Counted from the stretch's first letter, positions 28,710 through 37,492 are shown. The stretch: DNA of 64,000 bases from an uncultured Gammaproteobacteria bacterium (GCA_964525225.1 CAZGDX010000001.1:40654-104653); one strand, 5' to 3'. Program-made: numbers and translations. The notes: generated by a model not told the origin, from the sequence alone.

Positions 28710-29069
28710 TTAACAAATACTTTCCAAAAACCGTACTTTGGCTTTTTTTGTTTTATAATCCAAGTCAATCGCCACGCAATCTATTTGGTAATTTTCGTGG
28801 CTGATATTATTTTCTGAAAGATAGCGATAAACCGATTTTGTAATCCGCTCCTGTTTTATTTTGGTAATCGCTTCTTCGGGCAAACCAAAAACGCGGTTGG
28901 TCCGCGTTTTTACTTCTACAAAATGCAAATGCCCATCTTTTTCCGCAACCACATCTATTTCGCCAAGCCGGCCGGCGTGATATTGTCCGCCAAGAATTTT
29001 ATATCCTTTGCCAACCAGGTATTTTTTGGCAATTTCCTCCCCAAGATTTCCTGTGGCGCGGGTTTTCAT
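28710..29069 (-). CDS. yraN: YraN-family endonuclease (UPF0102)
   Basis: GE..A..YL...GY.IL..N...GEID.V......L.FVEVK pattern. Confidence 0.8.
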   Translation of the reverse strand: MKTRATGNLGEEIAKKYLVGKGYKILGGQYHAGRLGEIDVVAEKDGHLHFVEVKTRTNRVFGLPEEAITKIKQERITKSVYRYLSENNISHENYQIDCVAIDLDYKTKKAKVRFLESIC

Positions 29070-29072
29070 AAT

Positions 29073-29477
29073 TTATTTTTTCTTCGGCAAATATTTTTCA
29101 AAACTTGCTTTGTCTTTATCCGCTTTTCTTTCTTTCGGCATTTTTTTTATCAAATCGTAAATAATAAATCCGAGCCAGGTCAAAAATCCCAAAATCCATA
29201 TCAGATACCAGAACCGCGCTCCGAAAACATAGGCCTTTTCGTAAGTAAAAAACAAAAGCGCAAATCCGGCGGCGCCGAGAGCCAGAAACATTCTTTGGAA
29301 GCGGTCAAATCTTTTTCTAAGGTATGAATCAATTTTTTTATCTTTTTTTATAAATGAAAAGACGATTGAAACAATTATGAATAATCCGAACAAGCTTATC
29401 AAAACTATTTCATAGCCCTGAAACAGGGGAGCCGGGCGCAGTGTGAACCAGAATGAAGGAGTAAAAAATTTAAGCAT
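29073..29477 (-). CDS. hypothetical membrane protein
   Basis: Four TM helices and a Lys-rich tail; no family recognised. Confidence 0.45.
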   Translation of the reverse strand: MLKFFTPSFWFTLRPAPLFQGYEIVLISLFGLFIIVSIVFSFIKKDKKIDSYLRKRFDRFQRMFLALGAAGFALLFFTYEKAYVFGARFWYLIWILGFLTWLGFIIYDLIKKMPKERKADKDKASFEKYLPKKK

Positions 29478-29544
29478 AGATTTTGAAATTTAAAGTTTAT
29501 ATCTTTCTTTTTATCGCATTTTGTCGCAACTTGTCAAATCAACA

Positions 29545-29573
29545 TTGACAGCGAAGAAATAATTTGATATAGT
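29545..29573 (+). promoter_or_regulatory. promoter TTGACA-17-TATAGT driving the GC-rich paralog 1
   Basis: Exact -35 hexamer, 17-nt spacer, TATAGT -10. Confidence 0.6.
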
Positions 29574-29620
29574 AAAGTGATTTGAAAATTAACAATAAAA
29601 AGAAAAGAAAGGAAGCTGAA

Positions 29621-30196
29621 ATGGAATACAAATGCGAAGAGTGCGGTTATAAGTGGAATCGCATTGAAGCTGGCCGGGCAAGATATTGCCAGCGATGCGG
29701 TTCGGATAGGATAGCACAGATTGGTTTGATAGGAGAAGCGTGGAGGACCATCAAGCTCGGTCTCCACAAGAGCGTTGACGAGTATCATCGCGCTCTCCAT
29801 GCGGCTGGTTTTTACATCAATAGCTGGGCCGATGATATTCTCGGACGCGTCACTTTTTCTGTGGCGGAAAGAGAAGTTAATCTTGTTGTTCGTTCCGTCG
29901 CCGAGCTGGGATTCGCCAATGGCGCCACATTCGCGCAAATCTGTGACGCCGCCAAGAAGCTCGGTCTGTCGCTGTGCCCCGCGGAAGTTGGTCCGGCGTT
30001 CCGCGAGCAGTATTGCGATCAGCCGATGTACGAATGGCTTATCATTGCCATGGAGCCGATTTCCGCCTCGGACGGCAGCCTCCGCGTGTTCTACGTGGCG
30101 CGCATTGGTGACGGTCTCTGGCTGGGCAACAGCTATGGCTCTCCCAGGGTTGTCTGGAATGCTGGCAACCGGTTCGTGTTCGCGTCCAGCAGGTGA
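29621..30196 (+). CDS. hypothetical protein, N-terminal C4 zinc ribbon plus a ~150-aa domain of an unrecognised family (paralog 1); GC-rich, foreign-looking
   Basis: MEYKCEECGYKW...CQRCGS, then WRTIKLG...CPAEVGPAFREQYCDQPMYEWLIIAMEP. GC about 57% with GC3-rich codons. Clear homology to the ORF at 46068-46571. Confidence 0.6.
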   Translation: MEYKCEECGYKWNRIEAGRARYCQRCGSDRIAQIGLIGEAWRTIKLGLHKSVDEYHRALHAAGFYINSWADDILGRVTFSVAEREVNLVVRSVAELGFANGATFAQICDAAKKLGLSLCPAEVGPAFREQYCDQPMYEWLIIAMEPISASDGSLRVFYVARIGDGLWLGNSYGSPRVVWNAGNRFVFASSR

Positions 30197-30269
30197 TCTG
30201 TACCTTTAGGCACCTTACTTCCCACCCCTTACCCTTGGATTTTTTCCGAGGGTCTTTTAAAATAAAAAA

Positions 30270-30305
30270 TTATGCTATCTTTCACGGTCGTAAAAGATAG
30301 TATAA
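30270..30305. promoter_or_regulatory. 11-6-11 inverted-repeat site (ctatctttca-cggtcg-taaaagatag) downstream of paralog 1
   Basis: Near-perfect palindrome; the same site recurs at 46626-46654 after paralog 2. Confidence 0.55.
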
Positions 30306-30349
30306 AAATAAAACACCGTGATTTTTTGTCGCGGTGTTTTTGTCTATGA

Positions 30350-30889
30350 TTATTTTACGAATATTATTCCGAAGTGGTATGGGCCGGCTTTGAATTCTTC
30401 CAAGAATTTAAGCCCGATTTCTTCCGCGTCTTTTTTAATTCGTTCCGGGTCAGGCCGGTTTTTGGTCGGAGGACCGAATGGCGCGGAGGTCTTTTCCCAA
30501 TCCACTATTAGAAGTTTTCCGCCGGGTTTTATGAGCCGCGCGGCTTCGCGTATCATATCCGCTTTTGCCCCAACATTATGCAAAAAGGCGATATCCACTT
30601 CGTTGTTGCCAACCTTTGTGCCGCCCAAAACTTCAATATCCGACCAGATTGTCTGGACATTGGAAACGCCTTCCATTTTTATCCGGCTTTCAATCCCGGC
30701 AAGCGCTGATTTCAAAATATCAATCGCGTAAACCGCGCCTCTATCGCCAACTAAGTGCGAGGCGGCGAATACAAAATGCCCCATGGTGCCGCATCCTAAA
30801 TCGGCAATTTTCATACCCTCGCCGATGCCGGCCCTTTTTAAAATTTCAAAAGGATTTAAGAGCTCTGTTCCTGATGGAATGTATGTCAT
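30350..30889 (-). CDS. class I SAM-dependent methyltransferase
   Basis: Motif I ADLGCGTMG and the Rossmann-fold pattern. Confidence 0.8.
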   Translation of the reverse strand: MTYIPSGTELLNPFEILKRAGIGEGMKIADLGCGTMGHFVFAASHLVGDRGAVYAIDILKSALAGIESRIKMEGVSNVQTIWSDIEVLGGTKVGNNEVDIAFLHNVGAKADMIREAARLIKPGGKLLIVDWEKTSAPFGPPTKNRPDPERIKKDAEEIGLKFLEEFKAGPYHFGIIFVK

Positions 30890-30898
30890 AATTTTATA

Positions 30899-30985
30899 TT
30901 GTACAAAACTTCCACAAATCTATGCCACTAATCCGCACTAATTATTCGTGAGTATTTGTGATAAAAATTAGTGGAAGTCTATTTC
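30899..30985. repeat. 85-bp palindromic intergenic element, copy 5 (10 bp upstream of methyltransferase start)
   Basis: gtacaaaacttccacaaatctatgccactaatccgcactaattattcgtgagtatttgtgataaaaattagtggaagtctatttc. Confidence 0.7.
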
Positions 30986-30990
30986 ATTTA

Positions 30991-31248
30991 TTATTTTACC
31001 CCTTGGAATATCGGACCGAAAAACCACATTATTATATCATCCAAACTTCCGCTTACCCAGATAAAACAGATTAAGATTATTAAAATTCCGAGAAGTTTGT
31101 AAAAAGTGTGCGAACCGCCGAAAGTTCCCAGATATTTTTCCGCGAACGGCACGCTGCCGACATTGTACAAAAACCAGGTGGCTTTCCAGACAAGCAAAAA
31201 TCCCAAGACCATTCCGCCGATTCCCAAAATGTATTTTATAATGCCCAT
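30991..31248 (-). CDS. small membrane protein, hypothetical
   Basis: Two TM helices; 85 aa. Confidence 0.4.
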   Translation of the reverse strand: MGIIKYILGIGGMVLGFLLVWKATWFLYNVGSVPFAEKYLGTFGGSHTFYKLLGILIILICFIWVSGSLDDIIMWFFGPIFQGVK

Positions 31249-31313
31249 ATATTCACATTATAGCAAAAATTTAAGAAAACAAAAAACTCCGAAAAAATTC
31301 GGAGTGTGCTGTT

Positions 31314-31940
31314 TTATTTTTCCGCTTCTTTGCGGCATTTTGCGATATGCCGTTCGCGAATAGGTCTTACGACAAGCTTGTTGATGAATGGAAAATACCA
31401 TGCAAGAACCAGCAGAGGGAATTTTAAAAGATATTCTTTGGCGCGATTTACCAGTTTCATCGATCTTGCGTCAAACGGCACGCCGATGAACTCATAAGCT
31501 TGATGATATGTACACATTTTAGCAAGAATGTGCCTAGCTAAAAACTCCATTTGAAATCTACGGGAATATTCCCAAAAGAAAAGTGTCAAATAAGTCATTG
31601 GAGGGTCTTCAATGGTTTGGGTAAATAACACTAGATTATCACGTCCAGTGGTTGATTCTTCAATAAGTATAACTCTTCTGACATTTTTTGGTAAACCATG
31701 ATGTTCAAACCACATTTGCATTGCCCGCGCTTCTGATAAATCGGTTCTATTTGTAAACCCACCAGCTAAATAAAGAGTAAAATCATACTTTGAGTTAGGT
31801 ATACCATATTTCGAATTGGATTCAACAAAATTTTCAACAGTACTTTTAACTGCCCCTAAATATCTTGATAGATTTCCGTCATTAACCGGATCTTTTGGTG
31901 CGCCATAACCATTGATGTATATCTTTGCACTCGTCGGCAT
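31314..31940 (-). CDS. DUF218 (YdcF/SanA/ElyC) family protein
   Basis: LYLAGGFTNRTDLSEARAMQ...VILIEESTTGRDN pattern of DUF218. Confidence 0.65.
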   Translation of the reverse strand: MPTSAKIYINGYGAPKDPVNDGNLSRYLGAVKSTVENFVESNSKYGIPNSKYDFTLYLAGGFTNRTDLSEARAMQMWFEHHGLPKNVRRVILIEESTTGRDNLVLFTQTIEDPPMTYLTLFFWEYSRRFQMEFLARHILAKMCTYHQAYEFIGVPFDARSMKLVNRAKEYLLKFPLLVLAWYFPFINKLVVRPIRERHIAKCRKEAEK

Positions 31941-32046
31941 TTTCTTGTCCCCGTTTCATTTTTTAAACAGCAGTCAATTTAATTTATCAGAAAGAGTAGT
32001 TTTTGTCAATAGTAAACAAAAAAACACCCGACTGCCGGATGCTCTT

Positions 32047-32081
32047 TGGTGCGCGCTTAGGGATTCGAACCCTATGCCCTG
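32047..32081 (-). pseudogene. 3' fragment of a tRNA (T-arm taggg-ttcgaat-cccta, acceptor 3' strand agcgcgc, discriminator A, CCA)
   Basis: Lacks the 5' half. Its acceptor strand is complementary to the 5' half-tRNA at 32185-32225. Confidence 0.5.
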
Positions 32082-32094
32082 TTAAATTCTCAAA

Positions 32095-32168
32095 TGGACG
32101 GTGCAGGATTCGAACCTGCGACCCTCTCGGTGTAAACGAGATACTCTAACCAACTGAGCTAACCGTCC
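32095..32168 (-). tRNA. tRNA-Val (anticodon TAC)
   Basis: ggacggt-ta-gctcagttggttagagt-a-tctcg-tttacac-cgaga-gggtc-gcagg-ttcgaat-cctgc-accgtcc-a. Confidence 0.85.
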
Positions 32169-32184
32169 GATGAAGATTTAACGG

Positions 32185-32225
32185 GGTAAATAAACGAGAT
32201 GCTCTAACCACTGAGTTAAGCGCGC
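32185..32225 (-). pseudogene. 5' half of a tRNA (acceptor gcgcgct, D-arm, anticodon-stem 5' strand tctcg, loop start ttta), interrupted
   Basis: gcgcgcttaactcagtggttagagcatctcgttta then non-tRNA sequence. Pairs with the 3' fragment at 32047-32081 across the tRNA-Val. Confidence 0.5.
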
Positions 32226-32229
32226 GAAA

Positions 32230-32312
32230 TGCGGACGAGAGGACTCGAACCTCCACGGTCTTGCGACCACCACCCCCTCAAAGTGGCGTGTATGCCATTT
32301 CACCACGTCCGC
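32230..32312 (-). tRNA. tRNA-Leu (anticodon GAG), class II with long variable arm
   Basis: gcggacg...anticodon stem ccact/ggtgg, loop ttgaggg, variable arm tggtcgcaagaccgt, T-arm ggagg-ttcgagt-cctct. Confidence 0.8.
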
Positions 32313-32543
32313 GTATTTTTATTGTATATTTTTAAAGATTATATTTTGTTTATTTCATCGGATTAGTGTTTTGATGCGCCCGCCACGCAAGACAGCTTGC
32401 TGGCGTTGCGGGCAGGCCACGTCCGCGTAATTTAATTTCAAATTGCAGATTTCAGATTTTACAATTTGAATTATTTTATCATAAATTTTTAATTTTGTCC
32501 AGTTTCACCGCCATCTGTGTTATCTGTGTTCCATAATCTGCGG

Positions 32544-33326
32544 TCAGAACATTCTCTCTTTTCCGGTTATCATCTTCAGCTTTTGGGGCACTACTTCAAT
32601 ATTTGCTTCCGAAGTTTCTATTTTGGCGCCATCCGCGAAAATTGAAAACAGACCCCCCGATTTTATGCGTATTTTTTTGACCGGAAGAATACTGATCCTT
32701 TCCTTGGAAAGATTTTTTGGATTTCCCAGCCACCATCTTACTTTGCCGAAAACCGAAGACAGGGGAGTGGCGATATAAAGGTCTAGATTGCCGTCGCATG
32801 GCCGCGACATTTTGGGTTCTACGGAAGAATCGGCGGCTATCGGCAAATTATGCACGTAAACGCTTGCAACATTTTCGGGATGGATCGTGAAGTTTTCATT
32901 ACAGATTATCGGCAAAGTGGTTTGCGGTATTGAAATGCTTCCAAAAAAGAATTTGTTGTTTATTTTTCCGATATCCATTTTTTTGATAATTCTCGCCGAG
33001 AGCACGTCGCATGCCGTTTCTCCTTCCGGAATCCCTAAAAATTTGGCGATTTTGTTTGGAGAGCCGACGGGAATAATTCCGAAAGTTAAATTAAAATCCG
33101 GAATCACTTCTAGAACCTTTCTGACTGTGTCGTCATTCCCGACAACCACTATTGTTTTCATTTCTCGGCGCACAGCGTCATGCAAAATTTCTTTCGGATT
33201 TTTAAAAGTGGAAATGCGATCAATACGTCCTTGGATTCCAAGGTCGGTAAGCCGCGTTTCAATTACCGCCAGTGTCTTCGCATATTTTATCTCTGTCAGA
33301 AAATTATCGTACAGATATGTATACAT
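32544..33326 (-). CDS. diacylglycerol-kinase-family lipid kinase (DAGK_cat/YegS-like)
   Basis: TIVVVGNDDTVRKVLEV resembles the GGDGT catalytic motif; 260 aa. Confidence 0.65.
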   Translation of the reverse strand: MYTYLYDNFLTEIKYAKTLAVIETRLTDLGIQGRIDRISTFKNPKEILHDAVRREMKTIVVVGNDDTVRKVLEVIPDFNLTFGIIPVGSPNKIAKFLGIPEGETACDVLSARIIKKMDIGKINNKFFFGSISIPQTTLPIICNENFTIHPENVASVYVHNLPIAADSSVEPKMSRPCDGNLDLYIATPLSSVFGKVRWWLGNPKNLSKERISILPVKKIRIKSGGLFSIFADGAKIETSEANIEVVPQKLKMITGKERMF

Positions 33327-33383
33327 AATATAAAATTCAGAATTATGGATTTGAAATTCTGAATTAAAATTCTCCGGTAAATT

Positions 33384-33785
33384 TTATCTTTCAGTTATTT
33401 CGGCTTCTTTTTCCCGCGCCACGCGCCCATTCGGTTTTTCCGCCGTTGCGTTTTCTCCCACAGCGCATTTTCCGTTCAGGTTGGCGCCTGCCTCAATTGA
33501 CAAAATATTCGCGGAAACATCTCCCTTTACGTTCGCGGTCCGCAAAATATCAAGCCGCCCTTTTATGCGGATGTCGCCTTTTATTTCTCCGGCTATGATT
33601 CCATTTTGCGCGGAAATATTCGCGACTATTTTTGCTTGTTCGCCTATGTTAATATCATCTTCTGTTTTTATGTTTCCCGCAACATCTCCGTCAATTATTA
33701 ATTTTCCTTTGCTTACGAACTCTCCTTCAACGCGAACACCGGCGGCTATAATTGTTTCCCCTCCCTGTTCTTCTTTTTTAAACAT
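33384..33785 (-). CDS. bactofilin-family cytoskeletal protein
   Basis: Repeating G.I.G.V/A beta-helix pattern (DUF583). Confidence 0.75.
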   Translation of the reverse strand: MFKKEEQGGETIIAAGVRVEGEFVSKGKLIIDGDVAGNIKTEDDINIGEQAKIVANISAQNGIIAGEIKGDIRIKGRLDILRTANVKGDVSANILSIEAGANLNGKCAVGENATAEKPNGRVAREKEAEITER

Positions 33786-33793
33786 ATGAGAAA

Positions 33794-33821
33794 TTTCAGA
33801 TTGCAGATTTCAGATTGCAGA
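33794..33821. promoter_or_regulatory. tandem 14-bp motif (tttcagattgcaga)x2 = TCTGCAATCTGAAA x2, immediately upstream of the SD-less bactofilin start
   Basis: Exact tandem; related TTGCAATYTGAAAT motifs at 32441, 50495, 53047 and 61557. Confidence 0.5.
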
Positions 33822-33897
33822 TTTTTAAATCCGCCTCTGCCCGCAAAATTATTTTATTTTGTGATTTTAAATTAACACAAAAAGTTTGGGTAGTCAA

Positions 33898-35610
33898 TTA
33901 CATCTTTTTTAACGGTTCTATGCCTAATAATTTTAATCCTTTTTCAAAAACAATCTGCAAATTGCGCAAGAAATACAATCTGGCCGTTTTTGTTTCTTTT
34001 CCGGCTCTTAAAACATTTTCATCGCGGTAGAAATCGCTGAAATCTTTTGCCAGTTCGTAAAGATATTTTGTCAGTTCGGATGGGTCGTAATTTATTTCGG
34101 CAGTTTTCAGCACTTCGCCAAAGCGAGCCAGGTCGGATATGATTTTGTGTTCGTTGTCGCCCAAAAGTTTTTCGTAATTTATTTTTCCGAAGATTTTCGG
34201 CGACTTGACTTTTTCAAAAATGTTTGCCATTCTGGCGTAAGTATAAAGAAGGTACGGGCCGGTGTTGCCGGCGAAGGAAAGAGAAGCGCGCGGGTCAAAA
34301 ATCATGCTGTTTTTCGGTCCGACATTTAAAATAAAATATTTCAAAGCCGCAAGCGCGATCGGCGTAGCGCGTTTTTCAACTTCTTTTTCTTTCAGAAAAT
34401 CGTGCCGGGTTTTTATTTCGTTGATTGCGTAATCTTCCAGTTTGTTAATTAAATCATCGGCGTCTACCACCGTGCCTTCGCGGGATTTCATCCGTCCTTC
34501 CGGCAAATTGACAATGCCATAACTTAAATGTTTCACGTCAAATTTGCGCCCGAGTTTTTTTAGTATCTGGAATAATTGTTTGAAAGACAAATCCTGTTCA
34601 CTCCCGACAACATAAATAAGGGCTGAAATTTTATTTTCTTTAAAAACTTTTTCCGCGTAAGCAAGGTCGGTGGTAATGTAAACCGCAGTGCCGTCGGCGC
34701 GTAAAAGCACGCGGTCGGGCAAGCCGTCCAATTTTGCGATTATGTTTTTATTTTCATCTTTTATAAAAATTCCTTTCTTAAAATTTTCCAAGACAATTTC
34801 TTTTCCTCGTTTGTAGATTTTACTTTCAAAATATTCTTTATTAAATTTAATTCCAAGTTTTTTGTAAGTTTCTTTGTATCCTTTTTGCGCCCAGCGGTTC
34901 ATTTTTTTCCAAAGTTCTAATGTTTTTTTATCTCCATCTTCCCATTTTTGAAGGAGTATTTTTAATTCTTCTTCAATTTCCGAATTGCCTTTTCCGCGTT
35001 GTTCAAACATCACATAATATTTTCCGACAAGGTGGTCGCTTTTCATGCCCGCGCTTTCCGGAGTTTCGCCATTTCCGAATTTTTCGTACATCAGAAGACA
35101 TTTGGAAATTCCCATTCCGCGGTCGTTATTCAGAACCCCGCGGATTACCTTGTATCCGGCCGTTTCAAAGATGTTTGAAACGGCCTCGCCCAGAAATCCG
35201 TTTCGCAAATGTCCCAGGTGGAGCGGCTTGTTGGTATTCGGAGAAACATATTCTATATAAACTTTTTTTCCGCGCCCGTCAGAAGAATTTCCGTATTTAT
35301 TTTTTTCTTTGGCGATTTGCTTCAGAGTCATCTCCGCGAATTTTTTTCTGTTAACACGGAAATTCAGGTAGGGCCCGGAATTTTCAATGGCAACAACCAA
35401 TCCGGATGGTTTTATTCTTTCTTTTAATTTCGCGGCAATATTTTGCGGAGAATTTTTTAATTCTTTTGCCAGTCCGAAGCAGGGAAATGAAAAGTCGCCC
35501 ATTTTTTGATTAGGCGGAACGATTATGTTGTTTTCGGATATATCCGCTTTGGCGGAGGCATTTTTTATGAGTTTCGTGATTTCTTTTTTGATTTTTAGAG
35601 ATGGTGTCAT
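33898..35610 (-). CDS. argS: arginyl-tRNA synthetase
   Basis: HLGHLRNGFLGEA class I HIGH region and KMSK-region equivalent; 570 aa. Confidence 0.92.
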   Translation of the reverse strand: MTPSLKIKKEITKLIKNASAKADISENNIIVPPNQKMGDFSFPCFGLAKELKNSPQNIAAKLKERIKPSGLVVAIENSGPYLNFRVNRKKFAEMTLKQIAKEKNKYGNSSDGRGKKVYIEYVSPNTNKPLHLGHLRNGFLGEAVSNIFETAGYKVIRGVLNNDRGMGISKCLLMYEKFGNGETPESAGMKSDHLVGKYYVMFEQRGKGNSEIEEELKILLQKWEDGDKKTLELWKKMNRWAQKGYKETYKKLGIKFNKEYFESKIYKRGKEIVLENFKKGIFIKDENKNIIAKLDGLPDRVLLRADGTAVYITTDLAYAEKVFKENKISALIYVVGSEQDLSFKQLFQILKKLGRKFDVKHLSYGIVNLPEGRMKSREGTVVDADDLINKLEDYAINEIKTRHDFLKEKEVEKRATPIALAALKYFILNVGPKNSMIFDPRASLSFAGNTGPYLLYTYARMANIFEKVKSPKIFGKINYEKLLGDNEHKIISDLARFGEVLKTAEINYDPSELTKYLYELAKDFSDFYRDENVLRAGKETKTARLYFLRNLQIVFEKGLKLLGIEPLKKM

Positions 35611-35724
35611 AATAATTTTATTATGAACTAAAATACTTAATTTGACAACGGCTCAAAATTCGGATGTAATGATTAAATAAGGTCTGTTCAAGGTCTTTAA
35701 AAAACAAAGAAAAGAGGAAATGGA

Positions 35725-35988
35725 ATGTCTTTTGTAAAACTTATCATTAAATTTGGCGGTGTTGGCGCGATTTTTTTGGTTATTGCCGCAGGTTTTTATA
35801 AAATGTGCGCCGTTATATCCGGTATGGTCGCGAGCGGAAATCCGGTTGACATCTTTTGCGGTTATCTTAGCTTGATTTTTTTGTCCGTAATGGCGATTTT
35901 ATTCGCGATTTTTATCGTGTCTATCATTGTATTTATTATAAAAATAAAACGGAGCGGCAAAGATGATAATAAAAAAGACGATTCGTAA
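35725..35988 (+). CDS. small membrane protein, hypothetical
   Basis: Three TM helices; GGAAATGG RBS region. Confidence 0.4.
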   Translation: MSFVKLIIKFGGVGAIFLVIAAGFYKMCAVISGMVASGNPVDIFCGYLSLIFLSVMAILFAIFIVSIIVFIIKIKRSGKDDNKKDDS

Positions 35989-36166
35989 GCTTGTTGTTAT
36001 CGCGTATTTTATTATTTTTTATGCGCTGTCCTGGGGCGCCGTGTATTTATGGATTACAGATAAGAACGAATTTAAATCAATAGCCGCGTTCGCCTTGGGT
36101 TTATTTCTTATTTTTGCGATACCGGCATCTTTTTGGTTCTTTATAAAGAACAAAAAACGGCCTTAA
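35963..36166 (+). CDS. small membrane protein, hypothetical (overlaps previous gene by 26 nt)
   Basis: Two TM helices; terminator hairpin at 36165-36200. Confidence 0.35.
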   Translation: MIIKKTIRKLVVIAYFIIFYALSWGAVYLWITDKNEFKSIAAFALGLFLIFAIPASFWFFIKNKKRP

Positions 36167-36277
36167 ATGGCTTTCTCCCGCATAATTTTGCGGGGGATTT
36201 TGTTTTGCCCTTGCATTATTTTTTAATATATGATAATCTATTTTAAGTTAAATTCGGAGGAAATACACATAAACACT

Positions 36278-36874
36278 ATGAAAAATTACGAAATTTTATT
36301 GATAATAAATCCGCAATTCAGCGATGAGGAAGTGCCATCCGTATTGGAAGGCGTTTTTGAAATTATAAAAAGAAACAGCGGCGAAATAAAAGAACACAAA
36401 ATTTTAGGAAGAAACAAGCTTGCTTATCCGATAAAACGCGCGAAATTCGGAATTTATGTCCTGACGCAAATGGAAATTGACCCGCTTCAAATGGAAAAAT
36501 TGGGTAAAGAAATAACAATGATGCCTGAAATTTTGCGGCTTGATGTTTCTAATGAGGTCTCCAAAGGGGATTTTTCCTTCAAGCCGTTTGGGACAAAAGA
36601 ATTAAACGAAACCGAAGTTTCAGGAATGCCGGCGCGCGAAGAGAATGTTCATCCTGAGCATAAAGCTTCGGACGGCAACGCGGAAAGCGCGGTGGAAAAT
36701 TTTGATGCCGCGCAACCGGTTGCTGCCGTTGAAGTTCCGGAAAAACTTGTCGAAGAACCGGAAGTTGCTCCGGCAATCGCGGAAGATGCGGAAAAGAAAG
36801 CAAAAGATTCCAAAGCATCTCTTGATGAATTGGATAAAAAATTAGACGAAATTTTAAAAGAAGAGATTATATAA
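36278..36874 (+). CDS. rpsF: 30S ribosomal protein S6 with acidic C-terminal extension
   Basis: MKNYEILLIINPQ...LAYPI S6 signature. Start moved to the internal Met that matches the conserved S6 N-terminus. Confidence 0.85.
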   Translation: MKNYEILLIINPQFSDEEVPSVLEGVFEIIKRNSGEIKEHKILGRNKLAYPIKRAKFGIYVLTQMEIDPLQMEKLGKEITMMPEILRLDVSNEVSKGDFSFKPFGTKELNETEVSGMPAREENVHPEHKASDGNAESAVENFDAAQPVAAVEVPEKLVEEPEVAPAIAEDAEKKAKDSKASLDELDKKLDEILKEEII

Positions 36875-36989
36875 CTTATAAGGTACAAAACCTCCACAGA
36901 TTTCTATCACAGATTTTCACAGATAAAAAAATTAATCTGTGCGTATCTGTGAAAAATATCTGCGGTGGTCTGGTACCGATAAAACGTTT

Positions 36990-37475
36990 ATGGCAAGTTT
37001 AAACCGCGCGACTTTAATAGGAAATTTAACCCGCGACCCGGAATTCCGGACAACGCCAACAGGGCAGTCGGTAGTTTCGTTCGCGATTGCCACAAATCAT
37101 TCTTGGCTTGACGCGAATAAGCAGAAGCAGGAAAAAGCCGAATTTCACAATATAGTCGCATGGGGCAAGCTTGCTGAAATCTGCAATCAATACTTAAAGA
37201 AAGGAAGAAAGGTTTATATTGACGGGCGTCTTCAAACCCGCGATTGGCAAGGGCAGGATGGCGTGAAAAGATACCGCACTGAAATTGTTGCCGACAATAT
37301 GATAATGCTTGACCGCGGAAATCAGGCCGGACAAACTTACGGCGAAGCGGGAATATCCGCTCCGGTGATGCACCAGGCGATGGGAAATTCGCAGTCGTAT
37401 GCTTCAGAAGAAATTCCGACAATTCAGCAGGAAGCGCCGGTTCAGGCCGTTGCCGAGGAAGAAGTTCCGTTTTAA
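36990..37475 (+). CDS. ssb: single-stranded DNA-binding protein
   Basis: MASLNRATLIGNLTRDPE...OB fold, with an acidic C-terminal tip (EEEVPF). Confidence 0.88.
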   Translation: MASLNRATLIGNLTRDPEFRTTPTGQSVVSFAIATNHSWLDANKQKQEKAEFHNIVAWGKLAEICNQYLKKGRKVYIDGRLQTRDWQGQDGVKRYRTEIVADNMIMLDRGNQAGQTYGEAGISAPVMHQAMGNSQSYASEEIPTIQQEAPVQAVAEEEVPF

Positions 37476-37492
37476 TCAAATTATTATAAATT

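Noticed and set aside
36230-36277. Longer rpsF start (MIIYFKLNSEEIHINT...) given by the ORF track
   Set aside because: The extension precedes the conserved S6 N-terminus (MKNYEIL) and overlaps the predicted promoter, so the internal Met is preferred. Confidence in the exact start remains moderate.
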